Part shown: one piece after another, positions 28,976 to 37,338 of the stretch | Numbering within the stretch: the first letter of the stretch is position 1 | How the letters are laid out: each line of letters begins with the position of its first letter | Assembly (NCBI GenBank): GCA_965205335.1 | Contig: OZ242164.1 | Span: 384,001-448,000 of the forward strand | Direction: 5' to 3' | DNA length: 64,000 nt | DNA from: Candidatus Woesearchaeota archaeon | Lineage (GTDB): Archaea > Nanobdellota > Nanobdellia > Woesearchaeales > UBA583 | The notes under the pieces: model-generated | The model's database searches: none | The model's input: only the letters and a program-made list of their open reading frames with translations | Told to the model about the DNA's origin: nothing | Position numbers and translations under genes: made by a program

Positions 28976-30370
28976 ATGACAAACCCTCAATTCACACACA
29001 ACGAAAACCTTGAAGCAATGTTAAAAAGAGATATGTATTCCATATCAGACACCGAAGCTGCAGAAGAAATCTTATATGCTCCAGATTTCCATGGAGATTA
29101 CAAAGGCTTAAAACAAGGACTTAACGAACTAAGAGATAGAAACGAAGGAAAAAGAGTATACCTTGCCCTATCAGACATCAGCGAATACAAAGAAAGACTA
29201 GAATTATACAAAAAATTTGGAGTAATGGATGATACTTCATTAGAAATTAACCTTATTTCTTCCCAATTAGACAATGACGAAGAAAGAGATATATACGGAT
29301 ATATGAAGACAATTGAACACTATGGAGGAATTGACAATTACCTATCAATGGTTTCCCAAAGGAAGGGAATCTCCTTAGATGCCAAACTGCAAAAAGAAAA
29401 CCATGAAAAAGCAGTAAGAAGATACAAGGAATTAGGACTTGAAGACAGAACAGAAGAGATAATGAAAACAAACTCTGATGAAATAAACAAACACAAAAAA
29501 TTTAACAATCTCAGAAACCAAATCATTGAAGGAGCAATTCTAAAATATGAGGGTGACAAATTAATGGATTTCATCAATTATGCAAACGAAGGAGAAGGCG
29601 AAACAGTATTTATACTTGGAGGAGGAAACCACGACTCAACCTCATTAATTGACTACATCAGAAATAACACAGAAAATGGTGACAAATTAGTTCATAACAT
29701 AAATAACATTGCAGGAGCAATAAAATTAGGCGAAGAAGACAACCAATACAGATTCCAGTTATCAGGAAATGTAGCAGGAATTAGCCACCATGCCCACAAC
29801 ATATTAAATTTCACAGAAGAAGACTACATGCGAGAATTTCCTCATATGACGGAAGATATTGGTTATTTTGCAGAAAACTTTGACTTTAGCCAAAAAGATA
29901 GAATACCAAAAGAAGCAATTGAAAACAGTATTGAATATCTAAGACTAACAAACGGAGGATTAGAAGATACATTATTGCACAGACTCTTACTGCATATGGA
30001 ATTTGAAGGGAAAAATGGTCCTATGAAATATGAAGACAAAGAGCAGACATATCCAAGATTAGACCACTTGGGAGTATTATACTTTGCTGACAACTACTTA
30101 TTAAAAGATGAAAACGGCTATTCCCAAATTGATAGCGGACATATACACTCACGCGCATCAAAAACTGACGATGAACTAATGCAGAACAAATCAAGAGCCC
30201 ACATATCAATTCTTGGAAAAAATAACAGAAACATGTTAGACATCAACCCAACTCCATTAGAATACAACTTAGATGAAATAGCAGAAATGGTGCAATATCA
30301 ATTAAACAAACTAAGCAAAGTCGCAAATGATGAAAACTACGAATACGAAGAACTACCTAAGGCGGCATAA
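28976..30370 (+). CDS. Divergent calcineurin-like metallophosphoesterase with SsrA-like C-terminus
   Basis: YAPDFHGD, LALSDI, GGGNHDS and SGHIHS motifs with large insertions; ends ANDENYEYEELPKAA. Confidence 0.75.
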   Translation: MTNPQFTHNENLEAMLKRDMYSISDTEAAEEILYAPDFHGDYKGLKQGLNELRDRNEGKRVYLALSDISEYKERLELYKKFGVMDDTSLEINLISSQLDNDEERDIYGYMKTIEHYGGIDNYLSMVSQRKGISLDAKLQKENHEKAVRRYKELGLEDRTEEIMKTNSDEINKHKKFNNLRNQIIEGAILKYEGDKLMDFINYANEGEGETVFILGGGNHDSTSLIDYIRNNTENGDKLVHNINNIAGAIKLGEEDNQYRFQLSGNVAGISHHAHNILNFTEEDYMREFPHMTEDIGYFAENFDFSQKDRIPKEAIENSIEYLRLTNGGLEDTLLHRLLLHMEFEGKNGPMKYEDKEQTYPRLDHLGVLYFADNYLLKDENGYSQIDSGHIHSRASKTDDELMQNKSRAHISILGKNNRNMLDINPTPLEYNLDEIAEMVQYQLNKLSKVANDENYEYEELPKAA

Positions 30371-30401
30371 ATTTATTAAATAACTTTCTCTATTCTATTT
30401 A

Positions 30402-30863
30402 ATGAAAGAAAAATTTGAAGCATTTTCAATAAAAAACTCAATTGAAAAAATACCTAAAATTGAATTTAACGAAATCCTAAAAGATCCTAATCCCTTAATC
30501 TTAGACACAAACTTTCTATTCATAGCATTTGAGCAAAAAATTGATTTAATAAGCGAAATTGAAAGAATAATCGGCTCAAACTTTACGCTATACATCTATG
30601 AAGGAACTATAAATGAACTAATCTCAATAGAAAGCAAAAAAACCAAAAACAAAAAACTAATCCCACTCATTGCAAAAATGCTTAAAATCTACAGATTTAA
30701 AATAATCACATCAAAACAAAAATACATAGACAAGCAAATTCTTGAAAACCTAAATGACAAAGTAATCATCGCAACAAACGACAAAAAACTAAGAACAAAA
30801 ATCCGGTCAGAGAAAAAAAGAGTAATCTACATGAGACAAAAGAAATACCTTGAACTCAAATAA
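30402..30863 (+). CDS. Fcf1/Utp24-like PIN-domain protein
   Basis: LILDTNFL, TINEL, VIIATNDKKLR, YMRQKKYL. Confidence 0.88.
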   Translation: MKEKFEAFSIKNSIEKIPKIEFNEILKDPNPLILDTNFLFIAFEQKIDLISEIERIIGSNFTLYIYEGTINELISIESKKTKNKKLIPLIAKMLKIYRFKIITSKQKYIDKQILENLNDKVIIATNDKKLRTKIRSEKKRVIYMRQKKYLELK

Positions 30864-30897
30864 AAAATATAAAACTCCCTTCACCTCAAATTCCCGC

Positions 30898-31869
30898 TTA
30901 ATACCCCTTCTCTTTATCAACAGAGGTAGGAAGTTCCTTGTTATTAACAAAACACTCTAAATTCTTAAAAAAAATGTCTGCCGCTCTATCCATATACTTA
31001 GGAGTTAGCCCAGCAGTATGAGGTGTAATAAGAACATTATCCAAATTCCAAAGTTCACTATCTTCTGACAAAGGCTCACTCTCAAAAACATCCAACCCCG
31101 CTCCTCCTATCTCTTTTTCCTTTAACGCAGTTACAAGAGCCTTCTCATCAATAACAGAACCTCTGCCAATATTAAGAATAAAAGCAGAATCTTTCATCAA
31201 CGAAAACTGCTCTCTTCCAAACATATGATACGTTTGCTTCGTCAGAGGAACAGTTATAACAACATAATCTGCCAAATGTAATACATCATTTAACTCCGAT
31301 GCACTATAAACTCTGCAAACATCATTATCACTATCAGAAACATTTGACTTTACAGCAAACACATCCATTCCCAAGCACTTAAAAACCTCCACCATCCTCT
31401 TTCCAATATTACCCAATCCAACAATTAAAACTGACTTTCCATAAAGTTCTCCGGGATTTTTAACTAAAATCTCCTTACCAACCCAACTCTTTTGTAACTT
31501 CCCTTTTAAAGCAACATCAAGCCTTCTCTCATACATAAGCATTAAACCTAAAACTTGTTCCGTAATTTGAATACTATGAAGACCTTTTGAATTTGAAAGA
31601 AGAACCTCCCTATCCCTAACCACCAGAAGAATTTTCTCAACTCCAGCAGAAATAGAATGAATCCACTTTAAATTATCCCTTACCCACTCAGACTTAAATC
31701 TGCCATTAACACTTACCAAAACATCAACAGACTCAATCAAATTATTAAACTCATCATCACTATTTGCAATACTTACATCAGCAAGAGAACTAAACTTTCT
31801 TATATGCTCCTTAGTAAAACTAAAACCCTTAGGAACATAAATCAACACTTTAATCAAATGCCCTCCCAT
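30898..31869 (-). CDS. D-2-hydroxyacid dehydrogenase
   Basis: SAGVE, IVGLGNIG, LNIGRG, GAGLDVFESEPL, ITPHTAG. Confidence 0.93.
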   Translation of the reverse strand: MGGHLIKVLIYVPKGFSFTKEHIRKFSSLADVSIANSDDEFNNLIESVDVLVSVNGRFKSEWVRDNLKWIHSISAGVEKILLVVRDREVLLSNSKGLHSIQITEQVLGLMLMYERRLDVALKGKLQKSWVGKEILVKNPGELYGKSVLIVGLGNIGKRMVEVFKCLGMDVFAVKSNVSDSDNDVCRVYSASELNDVLHLADYVVITVPLTKQTYHMFGREQFSLMKDSAFILNIGRGSVIDEKALVTALKEKEIGGAGLDVFESEPLSEDSELWNLDNVLITPHTAGLTPKYMDRAADIFFKNLECFVNNKELPTSVDKEKGY

Positions 31870-32086
31870 ACAAAAGAAAATTCAACAAAATTTAAAAAAC
31901 TTTCATTAACACCATCCAATAATCTAGCACAACAACATACAGAACAATCTCTATCGTCCAATACTTAAAATACAGAAACCGCTTAGAAACAGTTTAATTA
32001 ATCCACAATTTTTTAAACAATCATAACTTTTTGATGAAATATTTAATTAAATTTTATAAAAAAATTCTCCATTGCAGTAACACACA

Positions 32087-32101
32087 CGAAAAATTTATAT
32101 A
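32087..32101 (+). promoter_or_regulatory. BRE/TATA promoter for the leader-aroG transcript
   Basis: CGAAAAA followed by TTTATATA (32094-32101), 26 nt before the leader ATG. Confidence 0.6.
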
Positions 32102-32127
32102 CTACCTATTTCATAATTCTTCTATAC

Positions 32128-32214
32128 ATGATAGAAATAACCAGCAGCGAAAAACCTAAATCTAACAATTTTAATTTTTTTAGTTGGTTCCATTTCTGTT
32201 TTTTCTCATACTAA
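32128..32214 (+). CDS. Putative aromatic-amino-acid leader (attenuator) peptide, 28 aa
   Basis: MIEITSSEKPKSNN-FNFFSWFHFxFFSY*: 7 Phe, 1 Trp and 1 Tyr in the last 14 codons; 149 nt upstream of DAHP synthase. Confidence 0.7.
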   Translation: MIEITSSEKPKSNNFNFFSWFHFCFFSY

Positions 32215-32363
32215 ATTTTCATATAACTTTTATCATGACGGGGGCTGAAAACTCCTTTGCATATGAAGGAAAATTGAAAATCACAAACTCTCAAAAGACA
32301 CAAAGCATTTAGAAACAAATGAAACATACAATTAAAAACCAAAAAACAAAAACATAAAGAAAA

Positions 32364-33422
32364 ATGTTAGAAAATTTAGAAATACAAGAAAAATTACCAA
32401 AAGCAGAAGATGTGCTATCAGATTTACCCCTAAATGACAAAGGAACAAAAATGGTAGAAAGAACCAGACAAGAAACTAAAGATATAATAACTGGGCAAAG
32501 CAATAAGAAAATACTCATACTTGGACCATGTAGCGCCTGGCCTGAAGACGCCGTAGTTGATTACTTTAGAAGTATGAAAGAAGTCTTAAAAGAAACAGAA
32601 GATAAAATTCTTCCCATTGCAAGAGTCTACACTCAAAAACCCAGAACAACTATTGGATGGACAGGTCCAATTAACCAACCAATATTAAATGAAGATCCAG
32701 ACATTGCCAGAGGAATATCATACTGCAGAAAGATGATGCTTGACATAATAGACTTAGGCTATGGAATAGCGGATGAACACCTAATCACTCACAATGAAGG
32801 CTACTTCTCAGATCTCTTATCTTGGGTTGCAATTGGAGCAAGATCAACAGAAGATGCTGAACACAGGCAAATCACATCAGCAATGAATATCCCAGTTGGG
32901 CTAAAAAACACTACCGCAGGAGAAATTGAAAAAGGTATTAACTCAGTTAGATCTGCTCAGAGTCCTCATGTGTTTCCATATCAAGGAAACCAAGTAAGAA
33001 GTCGTGGAAATTCCTATGCTCATTTGGTATTAAGAGGCGGTAATATGAAAGTTAAGGGTAATATTATCACAGGACCAAATAACAGAAAACTAGAAAGAAC
33101 TCTAAACCTAATAACTCAACAAAATCTAAACCCTGTTCTAATTGTGGACTATTCACATGACAATTCAATAGACATGAAAACAGATAAAAAAGATTACACA
33201 AGACAATATGATGTTATGACTGAAGTTCTCGAACAAATGGACTCTTCAAGTATAGTAAAATCAGGAGTTAAAGGATTTATGATTGAAAGTTTCATTAAAG
33301 ATGGAAATCAAAGTGAAAACACTCCCCTCGAAGAATTAGAATATGGAAAATCTATAACTGACCCCTGTATGGGAATAGAAAGAACAAAAAAATTCATTGA
33401 AACACTCTACAATGGATTATAA
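32364..33422 (+). CDS. aroG: DAHP synthase, class I-alpha (AroF/G/H type)
   Basis: ILGPCS, RVYTQKPRTTIGWTG, WVAIGARSTE..EHRQ, PVGLKN, HLVLRGG, VDYSHDNS, GFMIES, YGKSITDPC. Confidence 0.93.
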   Translation: MLENLEIQEKLPKAEDVLSDLPLNDKGTKMVERTRQETKDIITGQSNKKILILGPCSAWPEDAVVDYFRSMKEVLKETEDKILPIARVYTQKPRTTIGWTGPINQPILNEDPDIARGISYCRKMMLDIIDLGYGIADEHLITHNEGYFSDLLSWVAIGARSTEDAEHRQITSAMNIPVGLKNTTAGEIEKGINSVRSAQSPHVFPYQGNQVRSRGNSYAHLVLRGGNMKVKGNIITGPNNRKLERTLNLITQQNLNPVLIVDYSHDNSIDMKTDKKDYTRQYDVMTEVLEQMDSSSIVKSGVKGFMIESFIKDGNQSENTPLEELEYGKSITDPCMGIERTKKFIETLYNGL

Positions 33423-33424
33423 TC

Positions 33425-34009
33425 TCATTTATTTCTTCCCCTCTTTTCAATCTCAAAAAGCCTTTTCACAACCCTCTCCCCACTATGAACAGACTTTGAG
33501 TACATGCTAAGCAACTCTTCCTTAAACCTATAAAAATCATTATGCTCATTTCTAATACAACTAAAAAACAAATTCAAATCAACAGCCCTATCCTCAATTC
33601 TAACTGAAAAATCAGACAAACCAAAATCAATCAAAAAAACCCTGCCAGATTTCACAATCATATTCAAAGTAGTCAAATCATTATGAACAACCCCACAATT
33701 ATGCATCTTAACTATCCCAGAAAAAGCCTCATTTAACAATTCATAATCTAAAACCTCCTTTAACAAATTTCCGCAAACATACTCAAAAGTGAAAAAAAAC
33801 TCGTCCTCATTAATATCAAAAACCTTAGGACAATTAACCCCTTCCTCATAAAGCTTGAATAGAACCTTAAACTCTCTTTTATTTCTAAACCTTCTAAGTT
33901 TATTATCCAATGCAGAAACTCTATAACCCTTTGAAACCCGTATCTTCCTTAAAACATCCTTGCTAACTATCCCAATTTGAGCCTCAGCTCCCTCTCCAAT
34001 AATTTCCAT
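33425..34009 (-). CDS. bud32: KEOPS kinase Bud32
   Basis: IGEGAEA, KIRVSKGYR..ALD, VHNDLTTLN, LIDFGL, EDRAVDL, IEKRGR. Confidence 0.93.
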   Translation of the reverse strand: MEIIGEGAEAQIGIVSKDVLRKIRVSKGYRVSALDNKLRRFRNKREFKVLFKLYEEGVNCPKVFDINEDEFFFTFEYVCGNLLKEVLDYELLNEAFSGIVKMHNCGVVHNDLTTLNMIVKSGRVFLIDFGLSDFSVRIEDRAVDLNLFFSCIRNEHNDFYRFKEELLSMYSKSVHSGERVVKRLFEIEKRGRNK

Positions 34010-34063
34010 CCTTAAAAAATATAACTACGTTAATTTTATAAATATTGTTTAAGAAAAACACAT

Positions 34064-34324
34064 ATGGCAAAAAAGAAAGAAACTATTTTTGAAAAAGTTG
34101 AAGCAGAAGTAATAGATGCAACAAAATCATACGTTGAAAACAAAATTAAAAAAAAAGTAATCAAATTTGGAGAATTCTCAGTTATGATTTTTCTGGCAAT
34201 GATACTAATTAGTATTGGATTGGCAGAGTTACTCGGATTTTATTTCCCCCAAATCCCAACTGGACTAAACTACATGATAATAGGAATATTATTTTTGGCA
34301 ATTGGATTTCTAATTAAAATGTAA
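34064..34324 (+). CDS. Small 2-TM membrane protein
   Basis: Charged N-terminal helix plus two hydrophobic segments. Confidence 0.75.
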   Translation: MAKKKETIFEKVEAEVIDATKSYVENKIKKKVIKFGEFSVMIFLAMILISIGLAELLGFYFPQIPTGLNYMIIGILFLAIGFLIKM

Positions 34325-34328
34325 ACAA

Positions 34329-35183
34329 ATGGCTAAAAAAGTTAAAATTAAAGTTGATTTGGAAAACCGAGAAAAACTAAGAAGATTACATACTGCAACA
34401 CACATAATAAACTTCTGCGCCAGAGAAGTACTTGGAAATCACGTCTGGCAGAACGGTTCAAGCCTCAAACCTGAACTTGGAACACTTGACATAACACATT
34501 ACGACAACCTGTCTCAAGATGAAATATTCCAGATAGAAAGATTGGCAAACAAAACAGTATTTGAAAACAAAAAAGTAACAATTGAAGAACTTGACAGAAC
34601 ACAGGCTGAAAAAAAATACGGATTCAGTCTGTACCAAGGTGGAGCAATACCTATGAAAAAACTTAGAGTAATTAAAATAACAGACTCTGACATTGAAGCC
34701 TGTGGGGGAATTCACATGGAATCCACAGGAGGAATTGGATTAATCAAAATATTCCAGATGCAAAAAATTCAGGATGGAATAATCAGACTAAAATATGTAG
34801 TAAACGAATTCGCCCTGCAAGAAGTAGAGAATATCCAAAACATACTAAACCAGACAAGCGAAACACTTAGCGTTACTCCATCTCAAATCCCCAAAACCGC
34901 CAGAAAATTCTTTGATGACTGGAAAACAGAAAAAAAAGAAAACGAAAAACTAAACGAAAAACTAAAATCACTCTACTTAGAAATTATAAAACTATCAAAA
35001 GATACAACATTCAAATTTGACTATAACATTGATATGAACTCACTAATTGAAATATTTAACAAATCAGGCAAAAAAGAACTAATGATTGACACGCAAAAAT
35101 TTATAATCGCATCAAACCACATAAAAATAAAAAAATTCAAAAAAGGACTCCCCAAGGGAAACTTCAAAATATACATAAAATAA
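34329..35183 (+). CDS. alaS: Alanyl-tRNA synthetase C-terminal (editing/C-Ala) subunit of a split AlaRS
   Basis: HTATH, GNHVWQNGS, LYQGGAIP, ACGGIH, KIQDGIIRL, then the AlaRS-type helical LSVTPSQIPKTARKFFDDWK. No aminoacylation domain. Confidence 0.85.
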   Translation: MAKKVKIKVDLENREKLRRLHTATHIINFCAREVLGNHVWQNGSSLKPELGTLDITHYDNLSQDEIFQIERLANKTVFENKKVTIEELDRTQAEKKYGFSLYQGGAIPMKKLRVIKITDSDIEACGGIHMESTGGIGLIKIFQMQKIQDGIIRLKYVVNEFALQEVENIQNILNQTSETLSVTPSQIPKTARKFFDDWKTEKKENEKLNEKLKSLYLEIIKLSKDTTFKFDYNIDMNSLIEIFNKSGKKELMIDTQKFIIASNHIKIKKFKKGLPKGNFKIYIK

Positions 35184-35184
35184 A

Positions 35185-35358
35185 ATGGTATACAAAAACA
35201 ACGAAGACAAAAAAGGAGCAATTGAAATGGATGAATTAGCCAAATTAATAATTGGAATAATCCTTTTAATAATTCTAATAATAATTGTAACAGTAGTAAT
35301 CAGAGGAGAACTATGGATTCAGGGAGAAGAAATAAAAGAAATCTTCAGATTCACTTAA
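35185..35358 (+). CDS. Small class III signal peptide (pilin-like) protein, 57 aa
   Basis: Not in the ORF track: MVYKNNEDKKG/AIEMDELAKLIIGIILLIILIIIVTVVIRG... Confidence 0.75.
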   Translation: MVYKNNEDKKGAIEMDELAKLIIGIILLIILIIIVTVVIRGELWIQGEEIKEIFRFT

Positions 35359-36368
35359 TCCCTCTTAGATATTCTTTTGGGCTTTTTAATCTTTGTAACA
35401 TAGAATCCATTTGTATCATTATCGTGTGGCCATATCCTAATAGTCTTATCTACAATCTCCTTAGAAATCTTATGCCCATCAAACTCCTTTAACTTATTAT
35501 TTAATTTCAACCCTTTAAGATTTGCCTTCAAAAGTTTTGCATCAGGATTCCCTTCCAAAAATCTCTCAATCAAAAACTCATTTTCCTCAGGTTCAAGTGA
35601 ACACGTTGAATAAACCATAATCCCTCCCTCTTTTAGAAGTTCATATGCTCTTTGCAATAACTTTAACTGAAGATTTGAAACTCCCTTTAATTTCTTAGGA
35701 TTATACATTCTAATTGTCTTAGGAGACTTTCTTATTACACCACTTCCACTACAAGGAGCATCAAGTAAAATCCTATCAAAAATTCCAAAACCCTCAATTC
35801 TCAAACCATCTGAATTATTAATAACTATATTTGTAAAACCCGAGCGTTCAATATTAATCTTCAAAGGTCCAATTCTCTTATAATCTAACTCATTCGCAAT
35901 TAAAGTCCCGCAGTTCTTCATTTTATCTGCTATCCGTGTTGTCTTAGAACCCGGTGCTGCTGCCATATCCAAAACTATAAAATCAGAACCAATTTTCTTT
36001 GGAATATCCAACAACTCAGGAGGTGTCATTGAAGTTGCTTCCTGAACATAAATCTTGCCTAAAAAATGCTCAAACAAATTCCCCAAATCATACCTTTTTT
36101 CTTCATCATACTCCACAAAATATGCATTATCGCACCAGAGAACAGGAGTTAAATTCAGACCCTTATCTTTCAATTTTCTTGCAAGTTCCTTTGGATTACT
36201 CTCCTTCATTAAATTAATCCTAAAAGACTTCCTCTGAGGCTTTAAAATGCACTCCTCAAACCTCTCATACTCCTCAACCGAACCAAGCATTTGAGTAAAT
36301 CTCTCTTTGAAAACAGGTTTAATCTGCTCTGATAAAGAAACATTATTATAACTCTTCCTTTTCCCCAT
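35355..36368 (-). CDS. NOL1/NOP2/RsmB-family RNA m5C methyltransferase
   Basis: YVQEATSM, LDMAAAPGSKT, ILLDAPCSGSG, VYSTCS..PEENE. Confidence 0.95.
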   Translation of the reverse strand: MGKRKSYNNVSLSEQIKPVFKERFTQMLGSVEEYERFEECILKPQRKSFRINLMKESNPKELARKLKDKGLNLTPVLWCDNAYFVEYDEEKRYDLGNLFEHFLGKIYVQEATSMTPPELLDIPKKIGSDFIVLDMAAAPGSKTTRIADKMKNCGTLIANELDYKRIGPLKINIERSGFTNIVINNSDGLRIEGFGIFDRILLDAPCSGSGVIRKSPKTIRMYNPKKLKGVSNLQLKLLQRAYELLKEGGIMVYSTCSLEPEENEFLIERFLEGNPDAKLLKANLKGLKLNNKLKEFDGHKISKEIVDKTIRIWPHDNDTNGFYVTKIKKPKRISKRD

Positions 36369-36454
36369 ACTAAAATAAATTAAAAACCATTTAAATAATC
36401 TATGATTGCAGAACTATAAAAAGATTTATATATTATACCTTAACAGTAGTTACT

Positions 36455-36901
36455 ATGAAAAATTTTATCCTGATAACTTTGGCTATATTTCTATCCATTA
36501 ACTTTGTATTTGGAGCAGTTAATATAATCAAAGTAGATTCTAAATTTGTACGCTCAGATGTTGAAATTAATAATAACACTGGATTATATCCTAATAAGCC
36601 ACTTTATATAAAAAATTATGAAAATACAAAAGAGTCTGAACTTGATAAACCCTATGGGATGAGAACTTTTCGTGATTTTAAAAGTAAATGGGCTTGGGAT
36701 AAATACAACAGATTAACTGAGCCAAATTACTTTGGGGACACATCATATGTCTGGGAATACAGATTTGAAACACCAGAAAACAAATTTGACAAATACTTAT
36801 ATAAGAAAAGGAAAATATACAATAAAAAAATGGCAAGACATAACAGATATTCAATGCACTTTAAAATTAGTATTGATTACAGAGAAAATAGATTTCATTA
36901 G
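36455..36901 (+). CDS. Secreted hypothetical protein
   Basis: Signal peptide MKNFILITLAIFLSINFVFG. Confidence 0.65.
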   Translation: MKNFILITLAIFLSINFVFGAVNIIKVDSKFVRSDVEINNNTGLYPNKPLYIKNYENTKESELDKPYGMRTFRDFKSKWAWDKYNRLTEPNYFGDTSYVWEYRFETPENKFDKYLYKKRKIYNKKMARHNRYSMHFKISIDYRENRFH

Positions 36902-36910
36902 GTGTAAAAA

Positions 36911-37321
36911 ATGGATTTATGCGATAAATTAGGTTACTATAAAGTCAAGGCACTTGGACATAGAATCAGGACTTTATCATATCCAGTACTTGCTTTGGGG
37001 GCTTATAGAAGTTTATCTGATACTGACATAACTACATTGGCATACTCAGGATTAATTACAATTTTAGGAATTTGTATGTATGCAACAAGTAGACGAAACA
37101 TTACAGGAAGAGCATATCTTTATACTAAAAAAATTTACCAAAGAAACAATGAATTAAGTGAGGAAAATTTTATTGAAAGTATCAGAAAAAGCCCAAACGG
37201 AAAACTCCATGGATACTGTGAACAGCAAGGAATATATTTAGCGGCAAAGGAATTAGGCTATGAGGATTCATTTAGAGAAGCTGCTAAAAGAGCATCAAAT
37301 GTAATAATTCCCTTCCTTTAA
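36911..37321 (+). CDS. Hypothetical membrane protein
   Basis: 136-aa ORF with a hydrophobic segment. Confidence 0.65.
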   Translation: MDLCDKLGYYKVKALGHRIRTLSYPVLALGAYRSLSDTDITTLAYSGLITILGICMYATSRRNITGRAYLYTKKIYQRNNELSEENFIESIRKSPNGKLHGYCEQQGIYLAAKELGYEDSFREAAKRASNVIIPFL

Positions 37322-37338
37322 ATTCTAAACCACAAGAA

